Shown piece after piece: positions 62,801-64,000 of a DNA stretch of 64,000 bases (the first letter of the stretch is position 1; the number at the start of each line of letters is the position of its first letter). Origin of the DNA: Cyanophyceae cyanobacterium (GTDB taxonomy: Bacteria > Cyanobacteriota > Cyanobacteriia > Cyanobacteriales > Laspinemataceae); NCBI GenBank assembly GCA_038321985.1, contig JBBQFN010000013.1:1-64000 (forward strand). The letters are read 5' to 3'. The translations under genes were made by a program, and so were the position numbers. The notes under the pieces are model-generated. The model was not told the origin of the DNA. It was given only the letters and a program-made list of their open reading frames with translations, and ran no database searches.

Positions 62801-64000
62801 CTTAAAATTACGGGAGAAATTTCCGAACCATACTCTGACGCCGAAAATCAATAATATATTCGCCCATACCATTAATCCTTTCTGGCAACATCTTCAGACC
62901 AATTTACCCTTGTATCGAGAGTCCTATAAGGTCAGTTTGGAAATGGGGGATATTATTTTTGGAGTTTGGGCGGTTACCTATCAGTTTTGGACGCAATTAA
63001 TTATTGGAAAGCCACTACCCGAGGTCTATGAGAAGTCGGAAAAATACCTAACTTTCATGGAACAAACTAACGATCGCAATATGATCGCGGGTTATCGCAC
63101 CTTGCAACAGACTGTTCTAAACCTCCAGGGATTAACGGATAGCCCGATTACCTTGAATAGCCCCGATTACGATGAAACCGCTACTCTGCAATTTTGGGCA
63201 GACAATCAATTTTATGTAGGCATGAATTGGTTCTGGATGCTCAAGAGTCTCGTTTTGTTTCTCCAAGAAGACTATCCAGCCGCGTTGATTGTTGCCCGTC
63301 AAGCGGATGAAACCATTGGGACGAATTTCGGCTTTTTCAGCATGACGCAACATTATTTTTATTATTCCTTAATTCTGAGTGCTCTTTATCCAACAGCCCA
63401 GGAAGAGGAAAAAGCCCACCTGTGGAATAGTCTGCATCAAAATCGCCAAAATCTCAAACTTTGGGCAGAAACAGGGAAAGAGAATTTTCTCCATAAGTAT
63501 TTGTTAGTTGAGGCAGAAATTGCCCGAATCAGCAACCATCCCTTAGAGGCAATGGAACTTTATGATCGCGCGATCGCCCTCGCCCAAGAACATGGATATT
63601 TGCATATTGAAGCGATCGCCAACGAACTCGCCGCCAAGTTTTACCTGGGCTTAGGACGAATTAAAATCGCCAAAACTTATCTCACCGATGCGCGCTATCA
63701 TTATAGTCTGTGGGGGGCCGCGAGCAAAGTTGAGCAACTCGATAAAACCTATCCCGAACTATTAGTAAGAGCCTCTATTCGAGAAGCTGCCCCGGGAGAC
63801 TTCAGTCAAACCACAACCGGAGAACACTCGACCACCGTGGGGAATGCAGCCCTCCTTGATATTGCGACGGTGATGAAAGCCTCCCAAACAATTTCTTCGG
63901 AAATTGTCTTAGAAACCTTGCTTGAAAAGTTAATGCATATTCTCATCGAAAATGCAGGGGCTCAAAAAGGACATTTGCTACTTGATCGCGGGGGAAAATT
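59808..64000 (+). CDS. Multidomain Ser/Thr kinase - AAA ATPase - GAF (probably histidine kinase) protein; partial, runs off the window
   Basis: ATG 59808; VHKDIKPSNI, EGTLAYMSPEQTGRMNR, Walker A GYSGIGKT, FLDDLQWAD, FLHDRVQQAAY. The GAF start VMKASQTISSEIVL...IENAGAQ at about 63950 is in the same frame. Absent from the ORF track because there is no stop codon in the window. Confidence 0.93.
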   Translation, partial: MTNPKISLSIPGYKISEEIQAGSKNLIYRAIRRSDQKPVILKALASEYPSLEELARLKHEYEITRNLNIPRLIKPCAIEPIQNSLMLVFDDEGGQSLKQVLLTQKLGIENFFKIAIQLTETLGELHQEQIVHKDIKPSNIIILNPSQSLSVRITDFSIATRLSRETQTVNHHPTLLEGTLAYMSPEQTGRMNRCLDYRTDFYSLGITFYEMLAGQLPFEAEDPLELIHSHIAKQPVSLQDLVPEVPSSVSEIVMKLMAKTAEDRYQSAYGIKADLEYCLTHLTDIETLSHFTPGQWDKSGRFVLSQRLYGRDREVASLLEAFNRISSVSPNYQPDFSGESVTQGTPELILIAGYSGIGKTSIVHEVHKPIVRQRGYFISGKFDQFKRDIPYASLIQAFQSLIRQLLTEPPEQIAQWQQKLLEAVGDSGEMIIDVIPEVESIIGKQPSISPLGPSEAQNRFNRVFKQFIHVFTQPAHPLVVFLDDLQWADAASLKLLELLMTDAESHHLLMIGAYRDNEVSPTHPFMLTVEEIEKMGAKVTTIELEPLGVTHVTELISDSFSCSLERAQPLADLVFKKTQGNPFFLTQLLKSLHRDNLLSFDFNQGLWEWNIERIRSIGITENVVELMVGKIRQFSENAQDALKLAACIGNRFDLNILAIVRERSPSLTAGDLWEALQEGLVLPLSEAYKIPTVSENLDGIEVSYQFLHDRVQQAAYSLIPDVQKKAVHLKIGQLLLHNTPEAELEEKIFDIVNHLNIGVQLIKGSEEKTRLAKLNAIAGKKSKASNAYHSAIVHFSLGMDLLETNSWDTHYDLTFFLHRELGESQYLVGNFDQAESLFNRALSQAKSRFERAQIYSIYIAACMTKGDNYYQAMQLGIEGLKDFGLNFPSQEADLPAAVIAEQETVQTLLIGQNIADLLNVPEMTDPDKKVAMNLLVNSWTATYFANSPYWLALMGLKMVSLTLDYGPVDTSAFGYVVYGMILAGHQDYQSAYQFGDLALKLREKFPNHTLTPKINNIFAHTINPFWQHLQTNLPLYRESYKVSLEMGDIIFGVWAVTYQFWTQLIIGKPLPEVYEKSEKYLTFMEQTNDRNMIAGYRTLQQTVLNLQGLTDSPITLNSPDYDETATLQFWADNQFYVGMNWFWMLKSLVLFLQEDYPAALIVARQADETIGTNFGFFSMTQHYFYYSLILSALYPTAQEEEKAHLWNSLHQNRQNLKLWAETGKENFLHKYLLVEAEIARISNHPLEAMELYDRAIALAQEHGYLHIEAIANELAAKFYLGLGRIKIAKTYLTDARYHYSLWGAASKVEQLDKTYPELLVRASIREAAPGDFSQTTTGEHSTTVGNAALLDIATVMKASQTISSEIVLETLLEKLMHILIENAGAQKGHLLLDRGGK

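Noticed and set aside
1..64000. Abundant GCGATCGC octamer as a novel repeat
   Set aside because: This is the well-known cyanobacterial HIP1 sequence; used only as a taxonomic clue.

Overview
Chromosomal window from a cyanobacterium, inferred from the very frequent HIP1 octamer GCGATCGC, an hli gene, a pentapeptide-repeat protein and CHAT/filamentous-haemagglutinin proteins; the style suggests a filamentous Oscillatoriales-type organism. Signal transduction dominates: two giant hybrid PAS/GAF histidine kinases, REC-HK proteins, a REC-GGDEF cyclase, a ManS-like kinase, a GAF kinase, and a Ser/Thr kinase-AAA-GAF protein that runs off the right edge. Housekeeping and stress genes include kptA, sodA, a PQQ sugar dehydrogenase, rbsK, comF, sdhB, hli, a dipeptide epimerase + DUF1611 pair, and an ECF sigma/anti-sigma/Spy operon. 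Items absent from the ORF track: a probable 6S RNA with a near-consensus promoter, a 53-codon small ORF, a decayed C5 DNA methyltransferase, a response regulator/kinase truncated at a probable insertion junction, two MITE-like inverted-repeat elements, two matching ECF promoters and a recurrent AGATAGA-type motif. The best candidates for uncharacterised systems are a coupled ABC-ATPase + TOPRIM-like (DUF4276) pair, a PEP-synthase homologue with an eroded ATP-grasp domain, and a beta-barrel + secreted Pro-Thr-linker CHAT protease pair. No CRISPR array, tRNA or rRNA was seen. All family calls come from motif recognition by eye, not from database searches.
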